Shown: positions 63,601 to 64,000 of the stretch, one piece after another | Position numbering within the stretch: position 1 is the stretch's first letter | Layout of the letters: each line of letters opens with the position of its first letter | The notes under the pieces: generated by a model | Databases searched by the model: none | What the model was told of the DNA's origin: nothing | Seen by the model: only the letters and a program-made list of their open reading frames with translations | Translations under genes and position numbers: made by a program | DNA from: Bilabrum cf. latius | Lineage: Eukaryota | Direction: 5' to 3' | Length of the DNA: 64,000 bases | Assembly (NCBI GenBank): GCA_965178125.1 | Contig: OZ237738.1 | Span: 558,001-622,000, forward strand

Positions 63601-64000
63601 TGGGGCTGCTGCTGCTGCTGCAGAGGAGTCGTCGGATCGATCGCCTTTGCTGAGCTGTGCACCAGCGCCTGCGAGTCTGAGCCACCAGCGTCAGCCCACC
63701 CGTCCCCCATGTGCACGGTCCTCACCCCTCCCTACATAGCTGCCTGCGCGTCCACGGTGGCACCGACCCTCACCGCCCATGCGCCCACATCTGTTCCGGA
63801 TCCGCCGGTGGAGTTCACCGCCACGCTGCCCGAGGTGACCTCGTCCAGCCCCAGGCAGAAAGAGCAAGTCCTCCGGACCTCGCCGCGGGCCAGAACCATG
63901 GGATCATCCTGGATGCACGACCCCTGGGTGAGCACAGTGGCGGCCAGCAGCACCAGGTCGTGGATGAGGGTGCAACCCCCGGCTGCCAGCAGCGGCATGA
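60618..64000 (-). CDS. Triple-SAM (liprin/kazrin-like) protein; 5' end outside the window
   Basis: One frame joined across TAG 63732, 62346, 62220, 61287 and 61113. Stop is TGA 60618-60620. SAM-like segments are DWNGAEVAAWL..MGQY, WIVDEWLPSIGLPQL..LGVSNPLHRRSILAGV and WTNENCVDWL..SGLHGGLL. Confidence 0.78.

Noticed and set aside
1-64000. Mass pseudogenisation or C-to-T hypermutation (RIP-like) as the source of internal stops
   Set aside because: Decay or deamination would also produce TAA (from CAA), TGA (from CGA) and frameshifts. Only TAG occurs, and catalytic motifs are intact.
1-64000. Motif-specific sequencing error (for example CCWGG methylation miscalls) creating TAG
   Set aside because: The flanking contexts are diverse (GAG TAG TAT, TTT TAG CCT, ATG TAG CAG, GGT TAG GAA) with no shared motif. 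It cannot be fully excluded without raw reads.
1-64000. Tiny in-frame introns or A-to-I editing removing each TAG; pyrrolysine insertion
   Set aside because: Conserved motifs run straight through the TAG with no GT..AG segment to remove (PA*V, CLT*A, FKF*PR). A-to-I editing would give Trp, whereas the diagnostic columns are Gln. No pyrrolysine machinery or context is present. U-to-C editing is formally possible but implausible at this density in nuclear genes.

Overview
This is gene-dense, GC-rich nuclear DNA from a flagellated eukaryote. The spliceosomal GT-AG introns are seen directly, and the outer-arm dynein and DZIP1-like genes imply a flagellum. The gene style is reminiscent of bicosoecid-type stramenopiles, but that is only an impression. 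The main result is that the window does not use the standard genetic code. The fragmented ORF track collapses into 17 long genes once TAG is read as sense. By my manual count there are about 105 in-frame TAG codons in roughly 19,800 codons, with no in-frame TAA or TGA and no frameshifts. TAG falls at positions that are conserved Gln in dynein, a GCR1/cAMP-receptor-like GPCR and a DZIP1-like protein. All 16 genes whose 3' end is in the window stop at TGA. TAA appears neither as a sense codon nor as a terminal stop, which points to a rare uncoupled code (UAG=Gln, UGA=stop, UAA stop or avoided). The genes are a kinesin-4-like motor, a GPCR, a TBC RabGAP, CIA30/NDUFAF1, an ankyrin-like protein, NOSIP, a kelch-MORN protein, a kelch-type outer-arm dynein heavy chain with an inserted C2 domain, an SDR, a DZIP1-like protein, a CANT1-type apyrase, a Cid1-family TUTase, two SAM proteins (one with a liprin-like triple SAM) and three hypothetical proteins. 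I found no RNA genes, mobile elements or CRISPR arrays. All counts and gene models are by hand.
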